From IMG/VR virus record IMGVR_UViG_2663763339_000005, positions 1-45,686 of that record: 45,686 bases of DNA; one strand, written 5' to 3'. Below, one piece after another: positions 1-9,587 of this stretch. The notes under the pieces were generated by a model. It ran no database searches and was not told where the DNA came from. It worked only from the letters and a program-made list of their open reading frames with translations. The translations under genes were made by a program, and so were the position numbers. The first letter of the stretch is position 1. The number at the start of each line of letters is the position of its first letter. The stretch is from a virus. Lineage: Duplodnaviria; Heunggongvirae; Uroviricota; Caudoviricetes.

Positions 1-1164
1 TTACGCCTTCTTTATATCCTCCATAATTCCAGAGTGGGACATATTTGGGACATTATCACCAAAAATGTCGTCTATTTTCCTCGCATGCTCTGTCAAATGA
101 TTAGGCGCAAGGTGAGCATACCTACGAACCATTTCTATGGACTCCCATCCGCCCATTTCCTGAAGCACTGATAATGGGACGCCTGACTGAATCAGCCAGC
201 TTGCCCAGGTGTGTCTGAGGTCATGGAAACGGAAATCTTCAATTCCTGCACGACGACAAGCTGATAGCCATGATGTCTTGCTGTCGATGCGCATCTTCCT
301 GACCGCAGGCGTTGATGTTCCATCTGCTCGCTTAGCCGCCTTGGTATGTACAAACACCCATTTGTGATGCTTGCCTATTTGATCACGCAACACTTTACAG
401 GCGGTATCGTTCAGCGCCACACCAATGGCGCGGTTTGATTTGCTCTCTTCTGGATTCACCCAGGCAACTCGTCGCTGCATGTCGATTTGTTGCCATTCCA
501 GATTTATGATGTTCGACTTTCTCAGACCAGTTGCCAGCGCAAACTTGACGACAGATTTCAGTGGTTCGGGGCACTCATCAATAAGGCGTTTTGCTTCCTC
601 CTTTTCCAGCCATCTGACTCGCTTGTTTCTGACCGCTGGTATCTTGATGACAGGCGCTTTTTCCAGCCACTTCCAGTCGCGTTCTGCAGCACGGAGAATG
701 GCCTTTATCATGGCAAGATGCTTTGCCTTTGTCTGAGTTGATACTGGCTTTGGTTCATAAACAGGCGGTTCTTTACCTTTCCTGATGGCGGCCTGAACTT
801 TCTGTTTCCATATTTCTTTCGTCTTTCTGTTATGCATTCTGCTTACAGCAGAGTAAATCTTTGCCTCCGAGATATCTTTAAGCCTTATACCCTCAAAATG
901 TTCAAGCCAGAACTCAATCCGGCTTTTATCTGAATCGAGAGATTTTTTATCAGCTTTTTCCTCAAGCCATCTTAGGCAGGCCTCTTCAAAAGTGACATCA
1001 GGTAAATCCCCTAGCTTTTCTACTCGCCAGAGTTCTGCTTTTCGCTTGTCGTGCAACTCCTGAGCTTGCCGCTTGTCCTTTGTGCCAAGAGATTCCTTAA
1101 TTCGTTTCCCGCCCGGGAGCGAATACGAGGCATACCATATTTCATTTCTGCGGAAGAGTGACAT
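1..1164 (-). CDS. intD: Tyrosine integrase (DLP12 IntD-type), complete; stop codon at window position 1-3
   Basis: 387-aa ORF with the C-terminal catalytic region typical of tyrosine recombinases (HDLRHT...W...G, RYAH); sequence recalled as matching E. coli IntD; followed upstream by an excisionase-like gene. Confidence 0.93.
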   Translation of the reverse strand: MSLFRRNEIWYASYSLPGGKRIKESLGTKDKRQAQELHDKRKAELWRVEKLGDLPDVTFEEACLRWLEEKADKKSLDSDKSRIEFWLEHFEGIRLKDISEAKIYSAVSRMHNRKTKEIWKQKVQAAIRKGKEPPVYEPKPVSTQTKAKHLAMIKAILRAAERDWKWLEKAPVIKIPAVRNKRVRWLEKEEAKRLIDECPEPLKSVVKFALATGLRKSNIINLEWQQIDMQRRVAWVNPEESKSNRAIGVALNDTACKVLRDQIGKHHKWVFVHTKAAKRADGTSTPAVRKMRIDSKTSWLSACRRAGIEDFRFHDLRHTWASWLIQSGVPLSVLQEMGGWESIEMVRRYAHLAPNHLTEHARKIDDIFGDNVPNMSHSGIMEDIKKA

Positions 1165-1391
1165 TTTCTTTCCTCTGTTATGCCATCACCCGCGCTCACC
1201 TGGACAGTATGCAGCGGAGACTGAAGCGCCGCAATGCAGGCTTGCCGTGTTGTGAGGTAAGGAGATTTTGGCTTGGTTGGATCTTTACGTGTTGCCTGTA
1301 GGCGGCCTGTTCGTATCCAGTTGGTGGCGGTTGGTCTGGATATCTTAAGAAACTGACAGGCCTCATCGAGTGTGAGGCTGTATGATTCCAT
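1020..1391 (-). CDS. Excisionase-like protein (AlpA/Xis MerR-type HTH at N-terminus); overlaps int start
   Basis: ORF 1020..1421 with internal Met ([31 protein letters not shown]) giving an HTH of Xis/AlpA type; position immediately upstream of int. 3' extent uncertain (possibly a degraded or longer-than-usual xis). Confidence 0.55.
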   Translation of the reverse strand: MESYSLTLDEACQFLKISRPTATNWIRTGRLQATRKDPTKPKSPYLTTRQACIAALQSPLHTVQVSAGDGITEERKCHSSAEMKYGMPRIRSRAGNELRNLLAQRTSGKLRSCTTSEKQNSGE

Positions 1392-1641
1392 GGTTACCTC
1401 TGCTTTTTGAACGCATGTCACGTAACTTCTTAATGTGTTCTGCCGTTTCGATCTCTTCTGCTATCCGATCTGCATCAGCTTTATTCACAGGTTCAAAGTC
1501 ATGATTAAAGCGGAACATGCTGGCGATACATGTTCTGCCTTTTCGGATGTAGTGAACTTTGTTGTGGGTAGAACGCAGGATTTTGCAGGGAGTGCCGTGG
1601 TGGTCGACGTACCAGGTGTTAGGAAAAATGATTCTGAACAT
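1363..1641 (-). CDS. Hypothetical protein (early-left region)
   Basis: 92-aa ORF between xis and the zinc-finger gene, same strand as the pL operon; no family recognised. Confidence 0.35.
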   Translation of the reverse strand: MFRIIFPNTWYVDHHGTPCKILRSTHNKVHYIRKGRTCIASMFRFNHDFEPVNKADADRIAEEIETAEHIKKLRDMRSKSRGNHGIIQPHTR

Positions 1642-1688
1642 TTTTACACCTCAGTTGGACGATGTTGAAATTTGCTGCTTTGAGGCCA

Positions 1689-1907
1689 TCACAGTCCCCA
1701 TTGTTTGTTCTTAAGTTCGATCTCCTCCTGGCAACTCGCACAAGTTCGACAACCCTGAACAGCCAGGCGTCTTCGCTCATCTATCGGATCGCCACACTCA
1801 CAACAATGAGTTGCGGATACAGTCTGGTAGTTCAGACGACGCATTTTTATTGCTGTATTGCGCTGTAATTCTTCGATTTCTGATGCTGAATCAATGATGT
1901 CTGCCAT
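1689..1907 (-). CDS. TraR/DksA-family C4 zinc-finger protein (lambda orf-like)
   Basis: 72 aa with CCECGDPIDERRR...CRTCASC four-cysteine motif typical of the TraR/DksA phage zinc-finger family. Confidence 0.75.
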   Translation of the reverse strand: MADIIDSASEIEELQRNTAIKMRRLNYQTVSATHCCECGDPIDERRRLAVQGCRTCASCQEEIELKNKQWGL

Positions 1908-2005
1908 CTTTCATTAATCCCTGAATTGTTGGTTAATACGCTTGAGGGTAAATGCGAATAATAAAAAAGGAGCCTGTAGCTCCCTGATGATTTTGCTTTT
2001 CATGT

Positions 2006-2221
2006 TCACCGTTCCTTAAAGACGCCGTTCAACATGCCGATCGCCAGGCTTAAATGAGTCGGTGTGAATCCCATCAGCGTTACCGTTTCGCGGTGCTTCT
2101 TTAGTACGCTACGGCAAATGTCATCGACGTTTTTATCCGGAAAATGCTGTCTGGCTTTTTTGATTTCAGAATTAGCCTGACGGGCAATGCTGCGAAGGGC
2201 GTTTTCTTGCTGAGGTGTCAT
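2006..2221 (-). CDS. Hypothetical lambda-like small early protein
   Basis: ORF 2006..2287; likely start at internal Met (MTPQQENAL...) at 2221; resembles small ORFs of the lambda xis-exo interval. Confidence 0.45.
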   Translation of the reverse strand: MTPQQENALRSIARQANSEIKKARQHFPDKNVDDICRSVLKKHRETVTLMGFTPTHLSLAIGMLNGVFKER

Positions 2222-2297
2222 TGAACAAGCCCCATGTCGGCAAGCATAAGCACACAGAATATGAAGCCCGCTGCCAGAAAAATGCATTCAGTGGTTG

Positions 2298-2489
2298 TCA
2301 TACCTGGTCTCTCTCATCTGCTTCTGCTTTCGCCACCATCATTTCCAGCTTTTGTGAAAGGGATGTGGCTAACGTATGAAATTCTTCGTCTGTTTCTACT
2401 GGTATTGGCACAAACCTGACTCCAATTTGAGCAAGGCTATGTGCCATCTCAATACTCGTTCTTAACTCAACAGGAGATGCTTTGTGCAT
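2298..2489 (-). CDS. Hypothetical lambda-like small early protein (orf63-like)
   Basis: 63-aa ORF directly upstream of exo on the same strand; sequence recalled as lambda orf63-like. Confidence 0.5.
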   Translation of the reverse strand: MHKASPVELRTSIEMAHSLAQIGVRFVPIPVETDEEFHTLATSLSQKLEMMVAKAEADERDQV

Positions 2490-2640
2490 ACCGCCTCCCG
2501 TTTATTATTTATCTTCTCAGCCAGCCGCTGTGCTTTCAGGGGATTTCTGATAACAGAAAGGCCGGGAAATACCCAGCCTCGCTTTGTAACGGAGTAGACG
2601 AAAGTGATCGCGCCTACCCGGATATTATCGTGAGGATGCG

Positions 2641-3321
2641 TCATCGCCATTGCTCCCCAAATACAAAACCAATTTCAGCCAGTGCCTCGTCCATTTTTTC
2701 GATGAACTCCGGCACCATCTCGTCAAAACTCGCCATGTACTTTTCATTCCGCTCAATCACGACATAATGCAGGCCTTCACGCTTCATGCGCGGGTCATAG
2801 TTGGCAAAGTACCAGGCATCTTTTCGCGTCACCCACATGCTGTACTGCACCTGGGCCATGTAAGCCGATTTTATTGCCTCGAAACCACCGAGCCGGAATT
2901 TCATGAAATCCCGGGAGGTAAACGGGCATTTCAGTTCAAGGCCGTTGCCGTCACTGCATAAACCATCGGGAGAGCAGGCGGTGCGCATACTTTCGTCGCG
3001 ATAGATGATCGGGGATTCAGTAATATTCACGCCGGAAGTGAATTCAAACAGGGTTCTGGCGTCGTTCTCGTACTGTTTTCCCCAGGCCAGCGCCTTAGCA
3101 TTAACTTCCGGAGCCACACCGGTGCAAACCTCAGCCAGCAGGGTGTGGAAGTAGGACATTTTCATGTCAGGCCACTTCTTTCCTGAGCGGGGCTTTGCTA
3201 TCACGTTGTGAACTTCTGAAGCGGTGATGACGCCGAGCCGTAATTTGTGCCATGCATCATCCCCCTGTTCGACAGCTCTCACGTCGATCCCGGTACGCTG
3301 CAGGATAATGTCCGGTATCAT
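2641..3321 (-). CDS. exo: Lambda exonuclease (Red alpha)
   Basis: 226 aa, near-identical to remembered lambda Exo ([43 protein letters not shown]...). Confidence 0.95.
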   Translation of the reverse strand: MIPDIILQRTGIDVRAVEQGDDAWHKLRLGVITASEVHNVIAKPRSGKKWPDMKMSYFHTLLAEVCTGVAPEVNAKALAWGKQYENDARTLFEFTSGVNITESPIIYRDESMRTACSPDGLCSDGNGLELKCPFTSRDFMKFRLGGFEAIKSAYMAQVQYSMWVTRKDAWYFANYDPRMKREGLHYVVIERNEKYMASFDEMVPEFIEKMDEALAEIGFVFGEQWR

Positions 3322-4103
3322 GCTGCCACCTTCTGCTCAGTGGCTTTCTGTTTCAGGAATCCAAGAGCTTTCACTGCTTCGGCCTGTGTCAGTTCTGACG
3401 ATGCGCGAATGTCGCGGCGAAATATCTGGGAACAGAGCGGCAATAAGTCGTCATCCCATGTTTTATCCAGGGCGATCAGCAGAGTGTTAATCTCCTGCAT
3501 GGTTTCATCGTTAACCGGAGTGATGTCGCGTTCTGGCTGACGTTCTGCAGTGTATGCAGTATTTTCGACAATGCGCTCGGCTTCATCCTTGTCATAGATA
3601 CCAGCAAATCCGAAGGCCAGACGGGCACACTGAATCATGGCTTTATGCCGTAACATCCGTTTGGGATGCGACTGCCACGGCCCCGTGATTTCTCTGCCTT
3701 CGCGGGTTTTGAATGGTTCGCGGCGGCATTCATCCATCCATTCGGTAACGCAGATCGGATGATTACGGTCCTTGCGGTAAATCCGGCATGTACAGGATGC
3801 ATTGTCCTGCTCAAAGTCCATGCCATCAAACTGCTGGTTTTCATTGATGATGCGGGACCAGCCATCAACGCCCACCACCGGAACAATGCCGTTCTGCTTA
3901 TCAGGGAAGGCGTAAATTTCTTTCGTCCACGGATTAAGGCCGTACTGGTTGGCGACGATCAGCAATGCGATGAACTGCGCATCGCTGGCATCACCTTTAA
4001 ATGCCGTCTGGCGAAGAGTGGTGATCAGTTCCTGTGGGTCGACAGAATCCATGCCGACACGTTCAGCCAGCTTCCCTGCCAGCGTTGCGAGTGCTGTACT
4101 CAT
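3318..4103 (-). CDS. bet: Recombination protein Bet (Red beta, ssDNA annealing)
   Basis: 261 aa matching lambda Bet ([48 protein letters not shown]...); 4-nt overlap with exo. Confidence 0.95.
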   Translation of the reverse strand: MSTALATLAGKLAERVGMDSVDPQELITTLRQTAFKGDASDAQFIALLIVANQYGLNPWTKEIYAFPDKQNGIVPVVGVDGWSRIINENQQFDGMDFEQDNASCTCRIYRKDRNHPICVTEWMDECRREPFKTREGREITGPWQSHPKRMLRHKAMIQCARLAFGFAGIYDKDEAERIVENTAYTAERQPERDITPVNDETMQEINTLLIALDKTWDDDLLPLCSQIFRRDIRASSELTQAEAVKALGFLKQKATEQKVAA

Positions 4104-4108
4104 CCGTT

Positions 4109-4405
4109 TTATACCTCTGAATCAATATCAACCTGGTGGTGAGCAATGGTTTCAACCATGTACCGGATGTGTTCTGCCATGCGCTCCTGAAACTCAACAT
4201 CGTCATCAAACGCACGGGTAATGGCTTTTTTGCTGGCCCCGTGGCGTTGCAAATGATCGATGCATAGCGATTCAAACAGGTGCTGGGGCAGGCCTTTTTC
4301 AATGTCGTCTGCCAGTTCTGCCTCTTTCTCTTCACGGGCGATCTGCTGGTAGTAACGCGCCCAGCTCTGAGCCTCAAGACGATCCTGAATGTAATAAGCG
4401 TTCAT
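4109..4405 (-). CDS. gam: Gam (RecBCD inhibitor), short form
   Basis: 98 aa matching lambda GamS ([57 protein letters not shown]...). Confidence 0.93.
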   Translation of the reverse strand: MNAYYIQDRLEAQSWARYYQQIAREEKEAELADDIEKGLPQHLFESLCIDHLQRHGASKKAITRAFDDDVEFQERMAEHIRYMVETIAHHQVDIDSEV

Positions 4406-4480
4406 GGCTGAACTCCTGAAAATGGCTGTGAAAATATCGCCCGCGAAATGCCAGGCTGATTAGGAAAACAGGAAAGGGGA

Positions 4481-4771
4481 TTAGCGATTCAGGCCGTTAC
4501 CGCGTCCGTCGAGAAAAACTTCCACGAGCAAATCACGGGTATAAGTGCGCTCGATGCCGCGATGCAGATAAAGCCGTCCGCGTAAATTAGCTGATGCAGT
4601 CCAGGTACCATCTTTGTGTTTGACCAGCATTCCTGGCATGACCGCGCCGCGATTAACGGTCTGCGTTCCGTAATGTTGATGAACCATAAAAACTCCTGCC
4701 CGTAAGCTGGGCTGCTGAACATATAGAGACTTCTGCGCGTATTCAGGCGGTGGATGGCCGCCGGTTGTCAT
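4481..4771 (-). CDS. Hypothetical protein in the kil/cIII position of the pL operon
   Basis: 96-aa ORF immediately downstream (in transcription) of the putative pL promoter; no confident family match. Confidence 0.35.
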   Translation of the reverse strand: MTTGGHPPPEYAQKSLYVQQPSLRAGVFMVHQHYGTQTVNRGAVMPGMLVKHKDGTWTASANLRGRLYLHRGIERTYTRDLLVEVFLDGRGNGLNR

Positions 4772-4964
4772 AACTAAGCCGCCTCGTTGAAGCGACTAAG
4801 GTATGAAATGTTGAGTTGATTTCAGCTGGTCACACCGACGTTCACGCGTCCGTTTCACCCCTCGCACTCCCCGAAGCCTGCTGAAATTCAAACTGCGGAT
4901 CTAAGCGGTCATCGCAACGGTGAATCAGGTGGTTGCCGTATCGTTGTGTTGTTGCGATGAACTT

Positions 4965-4993
4965 ATTTAAAACTATAGTTGTTTTACCGTCAA
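4965..4993 (-). promoter_or_regulatory. Putative early-left promoter pL with overlapping operators
   Basis: On minus strand TTGACG-17 nt-TTAAAT; palindromes AACTATAGTT (4971-4980) and AACAACAAAAGTTGTT (4991-5007) overlap the -35 region and spacer; mirrors pR architecture. Confidence 0.5.
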
Positions 4994-5134
4994 CAACAAA
5001 AGTTGTTTTATTGGTTGTTTTAGATATAACTGGTTGTATTTAGGATGGATTTATTTTGTGACTTGAATCGCATAGCGATAACTGAAGCGAGGTTATGGTG
5101 GTTTTTTTAACGGTGTGTGTGATGAGGGGAGGGC

Positions 5135-5165
5135 AAAAGAAAACCCGGCACGGTGACCGGGATTC
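5135..5165 (-). terminator. Rho-independent terminator downstream of repressor gene
   Basis: Minus-strand hairpin CCCGGTCACCGTGCCGGG followed by TTTTCTTTT. Confidence 0.6.
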
Positions 5166-5282
5166 TTACGCCGTTAGGTAAAGATATTATTGCGGTGGCT
5201 TAATATTACTACCTAGAGCAAAGATAGGAATTAGTTCTTTACTGAATGAGCACAATGCCCAGTTGATAATTTTTAATTGGTA

Positions 5283-5972
5283 CTACCCATGCTTCCTATA
5301 TGTCTGCGGCATGCTCCCAATAACCTTACCGAAGATGAACACCCGGTTCATCTCGTCTTTCTCGATCGGGTCCCACGGTGAGTAGCTTTTGTTATCAGAG
5401 ATGACCAGCAGCTTATCCTTCATCATTTGCAGGCGCTTTACATGGGCTGTGTCGTCGTACAGAAACGCATAGATACCATCACCGTCGAAAGATTTAACTG
5501 TGATATCAACGAACAGCAGATCACCTGGTTCGATCGTTCCTGACATGCTGTCACCACGCACGTTAATGATGCGGATATTTTCCGCCTTCCTACCATCGAA
5601 CATATGACGAGCATCGTCAAACGAGTACTCAACCGAGCGTAGAACTTCTACAAACTCACGGTTGATGACTCCCGGCCCAGCACTGACTTCTATATCAAGA
5701 ACGTCAATCTTGAAGTATTTGGAATGGCTGACAGTTGATTGTATTGGTTGCACTGTACTGTCTGACATATTTCCAACGCCAGAAGATAACCATTCTGCGC
5801 GCACACCCAAAGCGTTCGCGATCTCCACGATTTTAGTTGTTTGATTAGCTTTCCCTGTTTCGATTTTCTGAATAGCAGCTTGGCTAACCCCGACCAAATC
5901 CCCAAGCGCCTTTTGTGTAAGGCCTCGCGCTAATCTGGCTTCTTTAAGTCTTTCTGAGAGTGTTGTTTTCAT
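5283..5972 (-). CDS. cI-like prophage repressor (HTH_XRE + LexA-like S24 peptidase domain)
   Basis: ORF 5283..6038; start at internal Met MKTTLSERLKEARLARGLTQKALGDLVGVSQAAIQKIE (HTH); C-terminal domain with GDSM (Ser) and VKRL (Lys) autocleavage motifs; divergent from cro-like gene. Confidence 0.85.
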   Translation of the reverse strand: MKTTLSERLKEARLARGLTQKALGDLVGVSQAAIQKIETGKANQTTKIVEIANALGVRAEWLSSGVGNMSDSTVQPIQSTVSHSKYFKIDVLDIEVSAGPGVINREFVEVLRSVEYSFDDARHMFDGRKAENIRIINVRGDSMSGTIEPGDLLFVDITVKSFDGDGIYAFLYDDTAHVKRLQMMKDKLLVISDNKSYSPWDPIEKDEMNRVFIFGKVIGSMPQTYRKHG

Positions 5973-6014
5973 AGTCCAAATGTACAACCAAGGTTTTATT
6001 TCATCAAACGAAAA

Positions 6015-6048
6015 TGGTTGTTGACTAAAAACAACCATAGTTTTAATC
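6015..6048 (+). promoter_or_regulatory. Putative early-right promoter pR with operator palindrome
   Basis: TTGACT(6020-6025)-17 nt-TAATCT(6043-6048); palindrome GGTTGTTGACTAAAAACAACC overlaps -35; sits between divergent repressor and cro-like genes. Confidence 0.55.
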
Positions 6049-6076
6049 TTGATTCAAATTAACCACGGAGGTTGTT

Positions 6077-6307
6077 ATGAACCCAGCTATCAAAACAGCG
6101 ATCAATATCGTTGGTTCACAAAAGAAACTGGGCGCTGCTTGCGAAGTTTCACAGCAGGCCGTCTATAAGTGGCTTCACAACAAAGCAAAGGTATCCCCTG
6201 AACATGTCGGCAGCATTGTTACGGCTACTGGTGGAGTAGTGAAGGCATACCAGATTCGCCCGGATCTTCCGAAGTTGTTTCCACACACCGAAAAGAACGC
6301 AGCTTAA
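6077..6307 (+). CDS. Cro/YdaS-like small HTH regulator
   Basis: 76 aa, first gene of rightward operon opposite the repressor; GSQKKLGAACEVSQQAVYKW HTH resembles YdaS/Cro family. Confidence 0.75.
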   Translation: MNPAIKTAINIVGSQKKLGAACEVSQQAVYKWLHNKAKVSPEHVGSIVTATGGVVKAYQIRPDLPKLFPHTEKNAA

Positions 6308-6376
6308 ATTTCCATTTCACGCTCTTTAACAATAAGCAATCAACTTAACAGTCAATTCAAACTAAAGGAGTCAATT

Positions 6377-6916
6377 ATGCAACCACTTACATACCAACAG
6401 ACTAGCGGATTTAGCCCGACTGCGGTGATAAATCGTTCTCAAACAAAACAGGTGCCAGGCCACGAAAAAATCCGTGATGCCGTCCGCGCCTGGTCGGCTG
6501 AAGATAATCAGGATGTCGTTGCCGCACTCATTGTGAATGAGTATCGAGCACAGGGCGGCGGCACTATCGATTTTTCTGATGATGTCAGTCGTGCACGCCA
6601 GAAGCTGTTCCGCTTTCTCGATAACAAATTCGATTCTGAAAAATACCGAAATAACGTGCGTGAACTGACTCCAGCAATTCTGGCAGTACTACCGCTGAAA
6701 TATCGCGGCCACCTGGTTGAGCAGGATAGCTTCATGGCTCGGCTGGCTGAAATGGAAAAGGAACTCAGTGAGGCAAAACAGGCTGTCATTCTCAACGCAC
6801 CACGCCACCAGAAACTGAAGGAAATTAGTGAAGGTATTGTGTCGATGTTTCGTGTGGACCCAGATCTGGCTGGTCCATTGATGGCGATGGTTACTACCAT
6901 GCTGGGGGCGATATGA
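6377..6916 (+). CDS. YdaT-like regulatory protein in the cII position
   Basis: 179 aa following cro-like gene; resembles Rac-prophage YdaT family by position and composition (recalled, not searched). Confidence 0.4.
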   Translation: MQPLTYQQTSGFSPTAVINRSQTKQVPGHEKIRDAVRAWSAEDNQDVVAALIVNEYRAQGGGTIDFSDDVSRARQKLFRFLDNKFDSEKYRNNVRELTPAILAVLPLKYRGHLVEQDSFMARLAEMEKELSEAKQAVILNAPRHQKLKEISEGIVSMFRVDPDLAGPLMAMVTTMLGAI

Positions 6917-7002
6917 CAGGTTCAGAAATGGCGAAAGCCGGTCTGCTGGAACAGAACCGACTTTCAGGTGCAAATCGTAACACACTCATTGCGGGAGGAA
7001 TT

Positions 7003-7932
7003 ATGGCAAACACTGCTGAGATATTCAATTTTCCAGTGCCGGATGCGGCACAAAAGGAGCCGCGCGTGGCAGATCTCGATGATGGTTATACGCGCATTGC
7101 AAATGAGTTGCTGGAAGCTGTGATGCTGGCCGGATTAACACAGCACCAGCTTCTGGTCTTCCTAGCTGTCATGCGCAAAACATATGGCTTTAATAAAAAA
7201 CTGGATTGGGTGAGCAACGAGCAACTGTCCGAATTGACCGGGATATTGCCGCACAAGTGTTCTGCTGCAAAAAGTGTTCTGGTAAAGCGTGGGATTTTGA
7301 TTCAGAGCGGGCGGAATATCGGTATTAATAATGTGGTCAGTGAATGGTCAACATTACCCGAATCAGGTAAGAAAAATAAAGTTTACCTGAAAGAGGTAAA
7401 TTTACCTGAATCAGGTAAGAAAAGTTTACCCAAATCAGGTAAAGGCGTTTACCCGAATCAGGTAAACACAAAAGACAAACTAACAAAAGACAATATAAAA
7501 CCTTTTTCGTCCGAGAATTCTGGCGAATCCTCTGACCAACCAGAAAACGATCTTCCTGTGGTGAAACCAGATGCTGCAATTCAGAGCGGCAGCAAGTGGG
7601 GGACAGCAGAAGACCTGACCGCCGCAGAGTGGATGTTTGACATGGTGAAGACCATCGCGCCATCAGCCAGAAAACCGAATTTTGCAGGGTGGGCTAACGA
7701 TATCCGCCTGATGCGTGAACGTGACGGACGTAACCACCGCGACATGTGTGTGCTGTTCCGCTGGGCATGCCAGGACAACTTCTGGTCCGGTAACGTGCTA
7801 AGTCCGGCCAAACTCCGCGACAAGTGGACCCAACTCGAAATCAACCGTAACAAGCAACAGGCAGGCGTGACAGCTAGCAAACCAAAACTCGACCTGACAA
7901 ACACAGACTGGATTTACGGGGTGGATCTATGA
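7003..7932 (+). CDS. Replication initiator O-like protein (contains ori iterons)
   Basis: ORF 6913..7932; start at Met 7003 preceded by GGAGG; N-terminal replisome-organiser-like domain; four iterons inside the gene; followed by lambda P. Confidence 0.8.
   Translation: MANTAEIFNFPVPDAAQKEPRVADLDDGYTRIANELLEAVMLAGLTQHQLLVFLAVMRKTYGFNKKLDWVSNEQLSELTGILPHKCSAAKSVLVKRGILIQSGRNIGINNVVSEWSTLPESGKKNKVYLKEVNLPESGKKSLPKSGKGVYPNQVNTKDKLTKDNIKPFSSENSGESSDQPENDLPVVKPDAAIQSGSKWGTAEDLTAAEWMFDMVKTIAPSARKPNFAGWANDIRLMRERDGRNHRDMCVLFRWACQDNFWSGNVLSPAKLRDKWTQLEINRNKQQAGVTASKPKLDLTNTDWIYGVDL
7353..7467 (+). repeat. Replication origin iterons within O gene (4 x ~ACC(C/T)(G/A)AATCAGGTAA) followed by A/T-rich stretch
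   Basis: Direct repeats cccgaatcaggtaa / cctgaatcaggtaa / cccaaatcaggtaa / cccgaatcaggtaa read directly in sequence. Confidence 0.8.
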
Positions 7933-8630
7933 AAAACATCGCCGCACAGATGATTAACTTTGACCGTGAGCAGATGCGTCGGATCGCCAACAACATGCCG
8001 GAACAGTACGACGAAAAGCCTCAGGTACAGCAGGTAGCGCAGATCATCAATGGTGTGTTCAGCCAGTTACTGGCAACTTTCCCGGCGAGCCTGGCTAACC
8101 GTGACCAGAATGAACTGAACGAAATCCGCCGCCAGTGGGTTCTGGCTTTCCGGGAAAACGGGATCACCACAATGGAACAGGTTAACGCTGGAATGCGCGT
8201 AGCCCGTCGGCAGAATCGACCATTTCTGCCATCACCCGGGCAGTTTGTTGCATGGTGCCGGGAAGAAGCATCCGTTATCGCCGGACTGCCAAACGTCAGC
8301 GAGCTGGTTGATATGGTTTACGAGTATTGCCGGAAGCGAGGCCTGTATCCGGATGCGGAGTCTTATCCGTGGAAATCAAACGCGCACTACTGGCTGGTTA
8401 CCAACCTGTATCAGAACATGCGGGCCAATGCGCTTACTGATGCGGAATTACGCCGTAAGGCCGCAGATGAGCTTGTCCATATGACTGCGAGAATTAACCG
8501 TGGTGAGGCGATCCCTGAACCAGTAAAACAACTTCCTGTTATGGGCGGTAGACCTCTAAATCGTGCACAGGCTCTGGCGAAGATCGCAGAAATTAAAGCT
8601 AAGTTCGGACTGAAAGGAGCAAGTGTATGA
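7929..8630 (+). CDS. P: Replication protein P (DnaB helicase loader)
   Basis: 233 aa, near-identical to remembered lambda P (MKNIAAQM.NFDREQMRRIANNMPEQYDEKPQVQQVAQIINGVFSQLL...). Confidence 0.95.
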   Translation: MKNIAAQMINFDREQMRRIANNMPEQYDEKPQVQQVAQIINGVFSQLLATFPASLANRDQNELNEIRRQWVLAFRENGITTMEQVNAGMRVARRQNRPFLPSPGQFVAWCREEASVIAGLPNVSELVDMVYEYCRKRGLYPDAESYPWKSNAHYWLVTNLYQNMRANALTDAELRRKAADELVHMTARINRGEAIPEPVKQLPVMGGRPLNRAQALAKIAEIKAKFGLKGASV

Positions 8631-8947
8631 CGGGCAAAGAGGCAATTATTCATTACCTGGGGACGCATAAGAGCTTCTGTGCACAGGACGTTGCCGCGGT
8701 AACAGGCGCAACCGTAACCAGCATAAATCAGGCTGCGGCTAAAATGGCGCGGGCAGGAATCCTGGTCGTTGATGGTAAGGTCTGGCGAACGGTGTATTAC
8801 CGGTTCGCTACCAGAGAAGAACGGGAAGGAAAGGTGAGCACGAATCTGATTTTTAAGGAGTGTCGCCAGAGTGCCGCGATGAAACGCGTATTGAGGGTAT
8901 ATAAAAGGAACATCAATGGGTACACAATGATGAAACAGGTGAGTTGA
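8627..8947 (+). CDS. ren: Ren-like protein
   Basis: 106 aa matching lambda Ren N-terminal region (MTGKEAIIHYLGTH.SFCA.DVAA.TGATVTSINQAAAKMARAG...). Confidence 0.85.
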   Translation: MTGKEAIIHYLGTHKSFCAQDVAAVTGATVTSINQAAAKMARAGILVVDGKVWRTVYYRFATREEREGKVSTNLIFKECRQSAAMKRVLRVYKRNINGYTMMKQVS

Positions 8948-8997
8948 TTTCAAACTGTAGTACAATTCTCTCCAGTTTGAACAGGAAAGAATATGCT

Positions 8998-9330
8998 ATG
9001 AACCCTTATATTTATCTTGGTGGTGCAATACTTGCAGAGGTCATTGGTACAACCTTAATGAAGTTTTCAGAAGGTTTTACACGGTTATGGCCATCTGTTG
9101 GTACAATTATTTGTTATTGTGCATCATTCTGGTTATTAGCTCAGACGCTGGCTTATATTCCTACAGGGATTGCTTATGCTATCTGGTCAGGAGTCGGTAT
9201 TGTCCTGATTAGCTTACTGTCATGGGGATTTTTCGGCCAACGGCTGGACCTGCCAGCCATTATAGGCATGATGTTGATTTGTGCCGGTGTGTTGGTTATT
9301 AATTTATTGTCACGAAGCACACCACATTAA
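8998..9330 (+). CDS. emrE: Small multidrug resistance efflux protein EmrE
   Basis: 110 aa from internal Met MNPYIYLGGAILAEVIGTTLMKFSEGFTRLWPS...; four TM helices; known moron of DLP12-type prophages. Confidence 0.92.
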   Translation: MNPYIYLGGAILAEVIGTTLMKFSEGFTRLWPSVGTIICYCASFWLLAQTLAYIPTGIAYAIWSGVGIVLISLLSWGFFGQRLDLPAIIGMMLICAGVLVINLLSRSTPH

Positions 9331-9360
9331 AAATAATTTGTTTCTAAACGACTAAAATAT

Positions 9361-9400
9361 GGAGGCTCTTATATTTATATGAGCCTCGTTTTATGCTTTT
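9361..9400 (+). terminator. Rho-independent terminator after emrE
   Basis: Hairpin GAGGCTC...GAGCCTC followed by GTTTTATGCTTTTTG. Confidence 0.65.
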
Positions 9401-9587
9401 TGTTAATGTCTTTATTTTTTTTATGTATTCTTTTGTGCTTTCAAGATTATGGCGTAAGAAAATTGCAATACGATTATTGTTGTATATTCAAGATAATGTG
9501 ACCTTAATTGTCTTTTTAAATAAAAATTAAACAAAAATTATATCTCACCACTAAGGTTTATAAAAGCATACGTTAGCAGGTGTCACC

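Noticed and set aside
4772-5282. Searched for an N or Nun antiterminator gene between repressor and first pL gene
   Set aside because: No ORF of 60 codons or more on either strand in this interval; only promoter, operator and hairpin features were found.
6508-6985. Minus-strand ORFs (130 and 98 aa) overlapping the YdaT-like gene and O start
   Set aside because: Antisense to the rightward early operon with no promoter or RBS evidence; considered frame artefacts.
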